Below, one piece after another: positions 40,169 through 53,502 of a stretch of 64,000 nucleotides of DNA. Every line of letters begins with the position of its first letter. The first letter of the stretch is position 1. The translations under genes and the position numbers were made by a program. The stretch comes from Octopus vulgaris. Lineage: Eukaryota. The notes below the pieces were generated by a model. The model did not search any database and was not told the origin of the DNA. It saw only the letters and a program-made list of their open reading frames with translations. The stretch is from contig OX597816.1 of NCBI GenBank assembly GCA_951406725.2, forward strand, positions 48,298,001-48,362,000. The letters are read 5' to 3'.

Positions 40169-41453
40169 ATTATTATTATTATTATTATTGAGTGAGGGAG
40201 CAGTGCATGCCATCAAACTGACACTGGGGTAAAATATATTATTATTATTATTATTTAAGCTGTTTGTGAGGCTGAAGTCATTGCTGGCAAATCCGAATCC
40301 ATTCATGCACTTCTTCCTAAAAGACATCACTATCAATGTCGGCTCAGACTTTGAGCCTTCATTTAGAGTACAGTTACCTACCAATAGGCACTTTCACATT
40401 CTCTCCTTTTTACAAGAAGCTTCAAGAGGTTGAAGAGCTGATGTATTCAAATGCACAGTTCTGCTCAGCTTTCAGGCCCACCTATGCAGAGTCTAACCAT
40501 ACTGGTTTATCTTTTATATCTTTCAGTCATTAGACTGTGGCCATGCTGGGGCACCACCTTGAATGGACCCCATAACTTTTGGGTTTTCTTTTAAGCCTGG
40601 TACTTATTCTATTGGTCTTTTCTGTTGAACTGGCAGGTTACAGGGACATAAACAGACCAACACTGGTTGTCAAGGAGTGGAGGGGTCAAACACTGACACA
40701 GACACACACACACACACACACACATACAATGGGCTTCTTTCAATTTCTGTTTGCTAAATCTACTCACAAGGCTTTGGTCAGTCTGAAGCTGTAGTAGAAG
40801 ACACTTGCAGTGGGACTGAACCCAGAACCATGTGTCTAGGAAGCAAGCTTGTTACCACACAGCCATGCCTGCACTCACAATACTTAAATAGACAATGAAC
40901 ACATTCAGAAAAGTCTTTTCTTTTTGGCATTGTTAAAAAAAGATTTGAGCATTTTGGTCAGTTTATTGCATAAATTTTACCAGGACACTCCTTTTATCAA
41001 AACCTCCCTGTAGAACATCAGCATAAATCCAGTCATGTGAGCACCTTGTTGTTGAATGATCTATCTGCCAGAATCTCATAAGAAAAGGCACCATAGTCTC
41101 TGGGGAAAGCAAGAACAGAGGAGATGAGCAGACAAAAGAGGGATTTGGGAAAGATCCCGTAGTAGTTATTGCTTTCACTATAATAAGACTTGTCAATCAC
41201 TTTCAGACACATACATCCATGAGAGTGACGTTGTATGTATTATTCAGATGGCTGGATGACTGAAGAGAATACAATTATATGCATCTACAATGTATGTATG
41301 TATATATATATATATATAATAATAAATATTAGGGAATAAATTCAAATTTACAGGGAAAAATCAGATTTAGGATTGAATCCAATTTTATAGTAAAATATTA
41401 TATAATATTAATTAGAGACTTCATAATTTAAAATTGAATAGAAGGTCTGAAAA

Positions 41454-41499
41454 CCACCTGATGAATGTCCTTAGAAGTGACAAGAAACAATTGTAGTGG
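41454..41499 (+). ncRNA. Minimal type I hammerhead ribozyme motif, canonical C3:G8 core
   Basis: ccac CTGATGA a tgtc cttagaagt gaca a GAAA caattg TA gtgg. It sits in a Penelope-like LTR remnant (41318-41603) bounded by 19-bp inverted repeats at 41401-41419 and 41585-41603. Confidence 0.75.
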
Positions 41500-41599
41500 A
41501 TAACTTAATTTTATTTAATTTATATAAAATTTTTTATGTATTGGATTAAGTCTTTCTTTGTTTGATATGCATAATAGTGGTTTTGTCTCTAATTAATAT

Positions 41600-41661
<62 letters not shown>

Positions 41662-41868
41662 ATTTCATTTCCTCCTCCTCCTCTTCCCACTTTCATGGTG
41701 ATATGGGTTGGATCTGACGAGTGTGGGGAGATCAGCCTTTACATGAAACTTAATGCCATTAGCATTGTTGTTAGTATGATCAGCATTAAACTGTATTATA
41801 TATATACTCCATTATAGTATGTGTGTGTGTATAGTATGTGTGTATATACATATATGAATATGTGTGTA

Positions 41869-41937
<69 letters not shown>

Positions 41938-44201
41938 GGAGAGATAGATAGATATGCACTCACAAAGCTATATATATTATATGCACTCTGTTTTATGTAT
42001 GTTTGTATAATTTAATAGCCTTGCATGTAAATTTATTTATATTTTGGCCACAAACATAATGTTTTAGTACTATAGTTAATGATGTATTGCCAACAAATTA
42101 TTATGTTTACACACACATACACACACACACGTGTATGTGTTTCTGTGTGTGTTCATAAGAGCAAGGTGTAGTGAAACAAAATAAAAGTATTTGGTAGTTC
42201 GGTGAAGTAGAATTTGTGTCGTATACAGATCAAATTCTCTTAGAATCTAAACAGAGTCAACTGTTTAAAATTCACCTTGTCAAGAATACACGAACACACA
42301 CACACACACACAGAGTGAAAGAGATGTGCGTTAATGTTTATGAGAGTATATACGTTTATCTATGTGTTTGTGTGTAATTGTGTGTGTGTGTGTGTGTGCA
42401 TATGTGTTTGTGTGTATATATTTCTATATGCATATTACACATTCTTTCTATAGTTTTGTGTGTCTTTGTACATAAGTCAGTATTTGTGTGCATGATCGTA
42501 TATATTTGTGACACAAACACACAGCACACATGACACAAACACACACACACACACACACACATCACACGGACATCACACACACTCTCTTTCTCTCCTCCTC
42601 TCTCTCTCATCTTCCTGCTCTCTCTGTCTCATCTTCCCCCTCTCTCTCTCACTCTTACACACAATATGTGCATATTGGTTTATCTGCAAATTTCATCATT
42701 GCTTTAACGTAACTATTTGCTTTGGCCTTCCTTCATTACTGTGTTTCGGTTTTATCACGTAGAAAGCCGTGTCATGTGCTTATGTCTGTGTTTGATCCAC
42801 AAATTAGCTGTGATGTTTATTTTCTTCACTGTGTGCAGAGAGTTTGTAATATATTTCAAAGAATGTGTTAGACATTACTAATATGCTGTTAATAAATTCT
42901 GAAGTGAATAAATGACTCTAGGTAGCTGCGATGTGTTTTGATTTTTGGAATTTTTTCCTTTTTCTGTTTCACTTGGCAAACTTAGTAACCAACTAATTGA
43001 AAACAGTAGTATTACATATAAAACATTATCACCATTATAATCACATTAGTCATGGTGATGATGATGATGATGATGATGATGGTGATAGCAAATATGATTA
43101 TTATCATTGCCTTTGTCATTATTGAAACCAGCTTCATGAAGTCAGTAAATCCATTCTGTTGTGAGTTTCTGTTTGTGTTTGTGCCTGTGAAATAGCTGAT
43201 ACTTCTTATTCACAGTGTTTCTTCTGTCTTCTGGTGGAAAGAAAATTTGATTATCCTTTCCAATTACTAACTGTAATTAGGGAAAGTCTGCTGGAGGTGA
43301 GTGGAGTAGTGCATTTGCTTCAGTGTTTGGTACAAATGTATATTAAAATTAATTTGGAGATACAGCATCAGTAGCAATAATAATAATAATAATAATAATG
43401 CTTTCTACTATAGGCACAAGGCCTGAAATTTGGGGGAGAGGGATAACCAATAACACTGACTCCAGCACTCAACTGGTACTTATTTTATCAAATAATAATA
43501 ATAATAATAATAATAGGTGCAGGAGTGGCTGTGTTGTTAGTAGCTTGCTTTTTGTCCCTCCCAACATTGCTTGACAACCGATGCTGGTGTCTTTACGTCC
43601 CCGTAACTTAGTGGTTTGGCTAAAGAGACCAATAGAATAAGTACTAGGCTTACAAAAAATAAGTCCTGGGGTCGATTTGCTTGACTAAAGGCAGTACTCC
43701 AGCATGGCCGCAGTCAGATGACTGAAACAAGTAAAAGAGTAATAATAATAATGTTCCTTTCTACTAAAGGTACAAGGCCTGAAATTTGGGGGAGGGGACT
43801 AGTCAGTTACATTGAACCCAGTGTTTCACTGGTACTTAATTTACCAATTCCAAAAGGTTGAAAGGCAAAGTCGACCTTGGAGGAATTTGAACTTAGAATG
43901 TAGCGACAGGCGAAATACCACGAAGCATTTAACCTAGTGTGCTAACGATCCTGCCAGCTTGCCACCTTAAATAATCATAATAATAATTATAGTTTCAATT
44001 TTTGGCACAAGGACTGCAATTTCTGGGGAGAGATTAAGTCAGTTAACCCAAGTGCTTGACTGGTACTTATTTTATTAATCCTAAAAGGATGAAAGACAAA
44101 GTCAAGCTCAGTGGAAAATGAACTCAGAATGTAAAGATGGATGAAAATGCTGCTAAGCATTTCACCTGATGTGCTAATGATTCTCCCAGCTCACTGCCTT
44201 G

Positions 44202-44232
<31 letters not shown>

Positions 44233-44263
44233 TAATAATAATAATAATGATAATAATAATAAC

Positions 44264-44293
<30 letters not shown>

Positions 44294-44295
<2 letters not shown>

Positions 44296-44564
44296 CAGGA
44301 AACCCTAAAATGGCAGAAATTCAAAAGATAGTGCTCATGGGAACTGCTCATATCCTACGCAAAATACTCTCTTTGTAATCTCAAGTTTTAAAACAAACAT
44401 AATTTTCGTATGGTTTTTTAGGCATTCACTAGTACAACACTAAGTACAAAACCAAATATATTGCACCCTAGGCATAACACCGACATGAACTTCCAACTTG
44501 TTGTCTCTTGAGGTCTATGGGTGAGACTTGGAGCCAGCTTGTGCAAATGTAAAGCAAAAATCAA

Positions 44565-44612
<48 letters not shown>

Positions 44613-45630
44613 TACTGACAAATAGCAAGAAAAACCTCTCAGTTGCAAATACCCAAAGAGAGTGAATAATGCCGATGTTGACAAAGCCCTTACCCATCAG
44701 TGGTTAGTGTCTTCTGGATTAAAATCAGAAACAGAAGGGTTTATCATAGTAGCCCAAGATCAATGCCTACCTACAAGGAACTACCAGGTCAACATATTAA
44801 AGAATGGCAGTAGCCCAATATGTCATGTATGTAAACAGCAAAATGAAACCATTGATCATGTTGTCTCCATGTGCAGTCATTCATCTTGTGCCTATAGAGT
44901 ATCTCAACAGGCATGATAGAGCAGCATAGTATATTCAATTTGCAAAAACCTTGACCTGCCCCATGATAAAAATTGGTGAGTAGACAAACCACCTTCAGTG
45001 CTTGAAAATGATCACATCTCACTCCTGTGGAACTTCACTGCTCAAATAGACCGAAAGATAGATGTGAATAGGCCAGACATTATATTGAAAGACTTCAGAC
45101 AAAAATCATGCCTCCTCATTGATATGACTGTTCCAATTGACATAAATGTTATCTGTCAAGACCTACCAAAAACTGAGCAATTATAAAGCTCTTGAAATAG
45201 AAATTGACAAAATGTGGAACCTCAAGACTAAAACAATACCTGTTATCGTAGGTGCCCTAAGAATGATAACAAAAGGGGCTGATTGCTACCTAGCTCAGAT
45301 ACCAAAATGGCAGAAATTCAAAAGATAGTGCTCATGAGAACTGCCCATATCCTCTGTAATATACTGTCTATGTAATCTCAAATTTTAAAACAAACTTATA
45401 ATTTTCTTGTTTTCTAAAACATTCTCTTGAACAATACTATGTGCAAAATCAAATACATGGCGGTGCCCCAGCATGGCCACAGCTCAAGAGCTGAAACTGG
45501 AAAACATAAACATAAACATGACACCCTAGGCAAAATACCAACTTCAACTTCTGACTTGTTATCTCTTGAGGTCTCTGAGTGAGACTTGGAGTCAATTTGA
45601 ATAAATACAAAGCAAAAGTCAAACATATGA
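44294..45630 (+). mobile_element. Two tandem R4/Dong-like non-LTR 3' fragments inserted in (TAA)n
   Basis: 44613-45630 reads LKSETEGFIIVAQDQ, CHVCKQQNETIDHVVSMC (CCHC), NRPDIILKD, LIDMTVP and KMWNLKTKTIPVIVGAL. 44294-44570 repeats the same 3' end. Both are flanked by (AAT)n. Confidence 0.82.
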
Positions 45631-45855
45631 TGATTATAATAATTCTTCCTACTAAAGGCACAAGGCCTGAAATTTGGGGGAGGAGACTAGTCGATTACAG
45701 CGATCCCAGTGTTTCACTGGCACTTAATTTATCAACCCCAAAAGGATGAAAGGCAAAGTTGACCTTGGTGGAATTTGAACTCAGAACATAGGAATGGACA
45801 AAAATGCTGCTAAACATTCTGCTCAATGTGTTAACAGTTCTCTCAGCTTGCTGCC

Positions 45856-45896
<41 letters not shown>

Positions 45897-45897
<1 letters not shown>

Positions 45898-46268
45898 GGG
45901 GGAAGCACTCCGTCGGTTACGACGATGAAGGTTCCGGTTGATCCAATCAACGGAACAGCCTGCTCATGAAATTAACGTGTAAGTGGCTGAGCACTCCACA
46001 GACACGTGTACCCTTAATGTAGTTCTCAGGGATATTCAGCGTGACACAGAGAGTGACAAGGCCGGCCCTTTGAAATACAGGTACAACAGAAACAGGAAGT
46101 AAGAGTGAGAGAAAGTTGTGGTGAAAGAGTAAAGCAGGGATCACCACCATCCTTGCCAGAGCCTCGTGAAGCTTTTAGGTGTTTTCGCTCAACGCCCGGT
46201 CTGGGAATCGAAACCGCGATCCTATGACTGCGAGTCTGCTGCCCTAACCACTGGGCCATTGCGCCTCC
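45897..46268 (-). mobile_element. tRNA-derived SINE (family 3), full length
   Basis: Head ggaggcgcaatggcccagtggttagggcag...ggtttcgattccc contains A and B boxes. Confidence 0.85.
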
Positions 46269-46272
46269 ACTG

Positions 46273-46312
<40 letters not shown>

Positions 46313-48025
46313 TAATAATAATAATCCATTCTGCTATGGGCACAAGGTCTGAAACTTTGGGGAAGGGAGCTAGTTGATTACATCAACCTCAGTGCATAAC
46401 TGGTACTAATTTCAACGATCCTGAAAGATGAAAAGCAAGGTCGACCGTGGCAGAAATTGAACTCAATTTGTAAAGGTGAATGAAATGCCACTAAGCTTTG
46501 TGCCTGACATGCTAACGATTCTGCCAGCTCACCTCCATAGTAATAATAATAATAATAATAATAATGATAATAATAATAATACTAATGATGATGATGATGA
46601 TGATGATTTCAAAGTTTTGGGGGTACAACGCCAGCAATTTCAGAGGATGGGGTAAATCAATAACATTGCCCCTAACGCTCAATGTGTATTTGTTTTATTG
46701 ATCCCAAAAGGATGAAAGACACAGTTTACCTCAGTTGAGTTTGAACTCAGAACATAAAGATGATGAAATGCTGCTAAGCATTTTGCCCAGTATGCTAACG
46801 ATTCTGCCAGCTTTCTGCCTTAGTAACAATAATAATAATGATGATGATGATGATCCTTTCAACTATATGCACAAGGCCTAATAAGGACAGGGCAGTTATA
46901 TTTGATGATTCATGAGTTGTCACTGTAGAACTGGCAGCCTTCCTGATTTGTTATTGCTGTTGCTGTCTATTTTCTTTAAACTTTCTGAATAGAAAGCCTT
47001 CAAATAGATTTCCCTTGCACATTTATTGTAGCTGTTATGTCCAACCTCAGAGTCTAAGTTTTAAGGTTTGCCTCTTGACACTCTTTGCAGGACATACTTC
47101 TGGTATTGTTTTATGATCTTGCTGGATCATGGGGACTTTTATGTCCATAGTGACTCCATCTGACAACATATTATCAAATGTCACATCTACACTGACCCCT
47201 ACCCATATTGTGCCATGAAGGTCACTGCTAACCAGGATGCAATATTGTCATTAATGGCTCTGATAGCGTTTTCCTTCCCAAGTTCTCTGAAAACAGTTTA
47301 TGACTCGGTATTGCATGCTATTTGGGTTTGCTATTTTGTCACATACTTTTGTTTTTAGAATGACACGTACTCGTGTGCCTTCCTTGACTCAGTGAAGGGT
47401 ATTCCTCACAAGATATTTGCTGGTACTCTCTCCAAGTTTTGCTTGGATGGGACCATCGCTGCTGCACCTCCTTCCCCTCTTCATCCTCCCCTCCCCTCCT
47501 CTTCTTCTACTTCCCCCCCTCCCCCACCATCATCCACCTCCTCTTCCCCTTCCTCTTATTCCCCCTCCCCCTTTTCTCCCCCTCCTCTTCCCCCTCCTCC
47601 CCACCCCCTCTCCCAGTACAAAGCCAACAATTTTAGCGGTGGTCGGTTAGTTGATGACATTAACTCCATTGCTCAACTGGTACTTAAATTTATTGGCCTT
47701 GAAAAGATGGAGGGCAAAAGTCAATTTGGACAGAATTGAACCCAGTGTAAACAGCAAGAAGAAACGCTACCAAGCATTCTGTCTGACGTGTTAACGATTC
47801 TATCAGCCTGCCATCTTAATAATAACGATAAATAGTAATAATAATAAAAAATAATGCTAACAACAGCAGCTTGTTGCTTTGATTAATATCTTGAATTACA
47901 TATCTCATTAAATTAAATGTTGTTTCTAACATAAGAAGTTCCATTTTCTCATTCCTTTTTATTCAAGGGTGGTGGTGTTACCAAAACAGTTGAGCATCTG
48001 TTGAAACAACTTAAGATATTTAGTT

Positions 48026-48061
<36 letters not shown>

Positions 48062-49233
48062 TTCTTTCTCTCTTTCACTGACTCTGTTTATCTGTCTGTC
48101 TGTCTGTCTATCTCTTTTGTGTTCAAGTTCTGCTGTTATTGACCTTCATCCCTGGGGGTCAATAAATTCATATAATGGAGCTAATTCAATTGACTACTTC
48201 CATCCAATATGAATTTGTGGCCTTGTGCCAATGTGAGAAAAGAAATTAGCAGAAGTTACCAAAACGAAAGTGCTTGTTGCCATCATCTTTATTGTCATTG
48301 ACATTATTATCATTATTATCTTCATTTGAAATTCAGTAGTAGTTCAGCTGATCTCATTAATTTTTTTGTCCTGCTTTTCCATTGTTATATTCCAAATTGT
48401 ACCCTTTGCGAACCAATTACTTGGGGCTGTTTAAACCGTTTCTTTACATAATTTTCTTAATGAAGCTAATATGATAGTTTGTCTTGTTGGTGAGGTGAAG
48501 ATCTATTAGTATCTTGATTAAGCACTTGTCTGATCTTCAATGTACCATTTGTCATCTTGACTTATAGCCATTACTGCTATAATACCGAGCTCTCTATTGA
48601 CTGTATGATTGCAGTTATTTAAATGTCTAAATGCCTGAGATGCATTGTTGTTAATAAGGCAATAATTTTCTGGATTATTAAATAACACTTTGGAGTGTTT
48701 ATATGCAATATTTACATAGATACAAAGACAGCTGTGTGGCTAAGATGTTTTGATATAATTTCATGTATATAAGAAGTATATAGTTTCATGTTCAATCCCA
48801 CTAGTAGCACCTTGGTAAGTGTCTTATACTATATAGGTCCAACCAAAACTTTGGAGGTAGTTTGGGAGACAGGTATTACGGGAAGCCTGCTCTGTTTGTG
48901 TGTGTGTGTGTGTGTTATTCCATGCTTATCACTGGTTGAATGAAGCAGTGATGATGTTAACATTCCTTGCTTACATTATGACCAGTTGCTCTGTGCCTTT
49001 AAAGATCTTTGAAATAACAACAAAATCCCTTGAATTGAAAACAGATAAAGGTTGATGACAGGAAATGCATCTAGCCATAAAATCCTGCCTGAAATAAGTC
49101 CCTGTCCAAATCCATGCTAACCTGAAAAAATAGATGTTGATTGTACAAGCAAATCTATACTAGGTTTCAATCTGTTTAATTATGAATTGTTTAATTTTGA
49201 ATTGTCATCAGTTGCAGGCATGGTTGTTTAATT

Positions 49234-49765
49234 CAGGGCTGTGGAGTTGGAGTCGGAAACAATTAAGGGGTAGCTGGAGTCAGAGTCAAGTAAAACTATA
49301 CCAACTCTGATTCCAGCTCACAATATATTTGTTGTTTAATATAAACCAGTTATAACATATAGGCCCTGCCTAAAGTACAAGCGTATGCATATGCTTTATG
49401 AGATATGCAGACCACAATCACTTAATTACATAAAGAGGAGTCAGAGTCGGAGGTGCCAATAGTACAAGAGTCGGTAGGCGGTGAGCTGGCAGAAACATTA
49501 GCACGCCGGGCGAAATGCTTAGCGGTATTTCGTCTGTCGTTACGTTCTGAGTTCAAATTCCGCCGAGGTCGACTTTGCCTTTCATCCTTTCGAGGTCGAT
49601 AAATAAAGTACCAGTTATGCGCTGGGGTCGATATAATCGACTTAATCCGTTTGTCCTCTCTGTGTTTAGCCCCTTGTGGGTAGTAAAGAAAAAGGAGTCA
49701 GAGTCGGAGGTGCCAATAGTACCGAAGTCGGAGTCAAAGATATTTGTTTTGACTCCACAGCCCTG
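49234..49765. mobile_element. hAT-like MITE with perfect 8-bp TSD, containing a family-2 SINE (49477-49692)
   Basis: TIRs cagggctgtggagt / actccacagccctg. TSD gtttaatt at 49226-49233 and 49766-49773. Confidence 0.88.
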
Positions 49766-49918
49766 GTTTAATTAAGCCTGCTTTGAAACCACACTCTTCC
49801 AAATTCAGTCCTGCTGCTTTGCAATTTAGGCAAATGTCCTCTGCTGTAGCCTCAGATTGACCAATGTCTTGTGAGTGACTTTGGTGGATTGCAAGTGCAC
49901 TGAAGCTTGTCACTAATA

Positions 49919-49973
<55 letters not shown>

Positions 49974-50482
49974 GTAAAGACCCCACTTTCAGTCATGAAT
50001 GATCATGGGATTGCACCTAGAAAGAACTCACTGAGGCTGGAGGCATATTTTGAACCTTGCGCCTTGGTGGTGAATTGTGTGGATGAAAAGAAGATGAAGT
50101 GGTAAGTCGTAATTTAATTAGAAACTGTGAAAACTGTGCAAAACATTTGGTTGAACTTTTTGGTTTTAAAAAAGGAAAAAGAAAAAAGTAAATCTTGTAC
50201 AAACATTTGCTTAAAAAGTTTAAAATTGTAAGGTGAAAGCAAAGAGGGAAGTCGCGGTTTCGAGAGGGGCTAGAAATTGTTATGTAAAGGTTTAAAGGAA
50301 AAGGAATCTATGGTTTCATCTCGCAGTGGGAGCGAGATGGTTGTCTCATTTGCATTGTTAATTTTAGTCATTTCACATTCATCCTTTCTTGTGTTTTTTG
50401 TTCCTGCATGTCTGTGTATGTCCCCTCTGTGTTTAGGCCTTTTGCCAGCAATAAAGACTTAACCTCGAGCTGAACAATTATT

Positions 50483-50525
50483 CTGTGCTGATGAGGGGAA
50501 ATAACCCGGAAATCGCAATACACAG
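50483..50525 (+). ncRNA. Minimal type I hammerhead ribozyme motif (C3:G8), slightly decayed
   Basis: ctgtg CTGATGA gggg aaataa cccg GAAA tcgcaa TA cacag: 5-bp stem I, a mismatch at 10.1-11.1, and a near-palindromic stem III. Confidence 0.65.
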
Positions 50526-50903
50526 CTATTGTTTTGAGCTGAGTTGGGGTGTTAGATTCCCTTGTTCAAAAAATATAAGGACACAGATCATGTTGTATAG
50601 CCAGCTGGACACGATGTCTCCTGGGGCTAAATTACAGCAGCATTCATCCTAAACCAGGACTGCCCATGTTATTGTTGGCAAAAAATCTTGCTGAAATAGT
50701 AATTTTCTGACCTTTCACTTGTTTCCATAACTAAACTGAAACTATGTTGGGGCACTGCCTTGAAAAGTTTAGTCAATTAAATTGATCCCAGTACTTTTTT
50801 TTATGTGTGTGTATGTGTCTGTTACTTATTCTACTTGTCTCTTTTGCTGACAAGCTAAGTTGCAGGGACATAAACAAACCAACACCAACTGTCAAGTAGT
50901 GGT

Positions 50904-50949
<46 letters not shown>

Positions 50950-52769
50950 GGCACATGGTTCAGTGGTTAGAGCATTGGGCTCACAATCATGAGGTAATGC
51001 TAAATTACAGCAGCAGTCATCCTGAACCAGGACTGCCATGTTATGTTGGCAAAAATCTTTACTCCAAAGTGAAAGGTCATTTGTTTCAGGATAAGTGCAT
51101 AATCCAAAACTGAATGCAAATTAGGACCTTTATATTTCTGTACTTAAGTAACAACCTTCTTCTCCACTATTATTATTAAATATAATGCAGTGAGCTGGTA
51201 GAATTATTAATGTGCTGGAGAAAATGCTTAGCAGCATTCATCCATCACTATGTCCTAAGTTCAAATTCTGCTGAGGTCAACTTTGTCTTTCATCCTTTCA
51301 GGGTCGATAAATTATATACCAGTTGAGCACTGGGATTGATATCATTGACTTGCCCTCCACTTAGAATTGCTGGCTTTTTGTCAAAATAAGAAAATATTAT
51401 TAGATATAAAGATTATTAGTTCATATTCAGTCAGGGATTATTTATATTGCCAGTAGTATGACCCCTAATAATCCTCTGTACTATAGGCACAGAGCCTGAA
51501 ATTTTAGGAGGTCAGAAGGGGCTAGTTGATTGCATCAGACGCAGTCCTCAACTGGTACTTATTTCATCAACCTTGAAAGGGTGAGAGGTAAAGTCAACCT
51601 CAGCAGAGTTTGAACTTGGAATGTAAAGCTGCAAGAAATGTTGTGAAGCATTTTGTTCAGCATGCTAAACATTTCTGGTAGTTTGTTTTCTTAATAAAAC
51701 AATAAAACATACCACCATCATCATCATCATCATCATCATCAATCTTAATGTCTGTTTTCCATGCTGGCATGGGTTGAACAGTTTGACCAGAGCTGGCAAA
51801 CTTGAGAGCTGCACCAGGTTCTAGTCTGATTTGGCTTGGTTTCTACAGCTTGATGCCCTTCCTAATGCCAACCACTTGACAGTTTGTGCTCGGTGCTTTT
51901 AATGTAGGTACCAGCATGAGTGCTCTTGTATGGCACCGACACGAATGCTGTTTACATTGCTGGCCCTCATTTAACAAATGATATTTTAGTCATTCACCAC
52001 ATTTCATGAAGACACCAAGCTGCAGTATCTCGTATTCCACCAAATTGCTATAACATGTATAGGGATTTCCTCCTTTTTTTTCTTACTTTGGTAACATTTT
52101 TGTATCCACTCCCCATGCAGCACTGAAAATGAATTTCCATTCTAGATCTTATTTATAATGGTATTTCTATAACAAATGCATCACATTATCAGCTTCATAG
52201 TTACATTCATAGATATAATACATTTTCTGTAAGCCCACTTATTATATATGAATAGAGTAATTGGAAACTTGTTACTTTTACCTGTGAATAAATTACTGTC
52301 CATTTCAAACCTATACTTCATTTATCTTAGGAAGAACAGGTGCTGTTTATCTTCATTTAGTCTGGCAATCTACCGTTTCTACTTCTTCATCATCTTGATG
52401 GTTACAATGATGTAATAATGTGTAATAATGATTAGTAAGGTGACAAATTAGTGGAGCTGACAGAATGTTGGCTAGAGTATTTGCCTTAACTTTTTTTCAC
52501 TCTGTGTTCAAATCCCAGTGAGGTTAATTTCGCCTTAGATCCTTTCAGAGTTGACAAAAAAAAAAAAAAAAAAAAAAAAGGCTTGCTTTTCAACCACGTG
52601 ATTTCAGGTTCAGTCCCACTGTGTGGTGTCTTGGGCAAGTGTTTTCTACTGTAGCACCCAGGCTGGCCAATGCTTTGTGAATAAATTTGGTAAATGGAAC
52701 CTACATTGAATCCCATTATTAATATATACATACATACATGTACACACACACATATATATATATAAACCA

Positions 52770-53198
52770 AATCAAATAGATGAACATCAATGGAATTTGT
52801 ATCTTTGTGGTACCAGTGCCGGTGGCACATAAGAAAACCATCCGAACGTGGCCGTAGCCAGTACCGCATCAACTGGCCTCCGTGCTGTGGGCACGTAACA
52901 AACACCATCCAATCGTGGCCATTCGCCAGCCTCGTCTGGCACCTGTGTCGGTGGCACATAAAAAACACCATCCGAGCGTGGCCGTTTGCCAGCCTCGTCT
53001 GGCATCTGTGTCGGTGGCACATAAAATCACCCACTACACTCTCGGAGTGGTTGGCGTTAGGAAGGGCATCCAGCTGTAGAAACACTGCCAGATCTGACTG
53101 GCCTGGTGCAGCCTTCGGGCTCCCCAGACCCCAGTTGAACCGTCCAACCCATGCTAGCATGGAAAGCGGACGTTAAGCGATGATGATGATGATGATGA
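52770..53198 (+). mobile_element. RTE LINE 3' UTR with ~60-bp internal repeats and (GAT)n tail
   Basis: Repeated ggtggcacataaaaaacaccatccgagcgtggcc units, ending ggacgttaagcgatgatgatg. Confidence 0.75.
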
Positions 53199-53459
53199 TA
53201 TTATTTGTCCTGTACTCTATTTTTTCGTTGTTTAAGAAAAATGTCCAGTTCCTTGGTTTTGTGTTTATGTTTTCGTTTCTCATTGTGTTCGAAGTTTTTT
53301 TGGTGTCCTGTACCCATATATGCGTGTATATATACATGTAGAGGTAGGTATGTACATATATGTATGTATATATACATATGTTTTATTTATTAATTTATGT
53401 ATGTATGTACATGTATAGATGCATGTGTGTCTTGTATTTGGTAAACAAAGCCTACATTT

Positions 53460-53502
<43 letters not shown>

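Noticed and set aside
46195-46268. tRNA gene
   Set aside because: It is the tRNA-like head of a SINE and lacks an acceptor-stem closure and terminator.
47392-47739. Pro/Ser-rich 115-aa ORF
   Set aside because: It is a C/T low-complexity tract running into a SINE.
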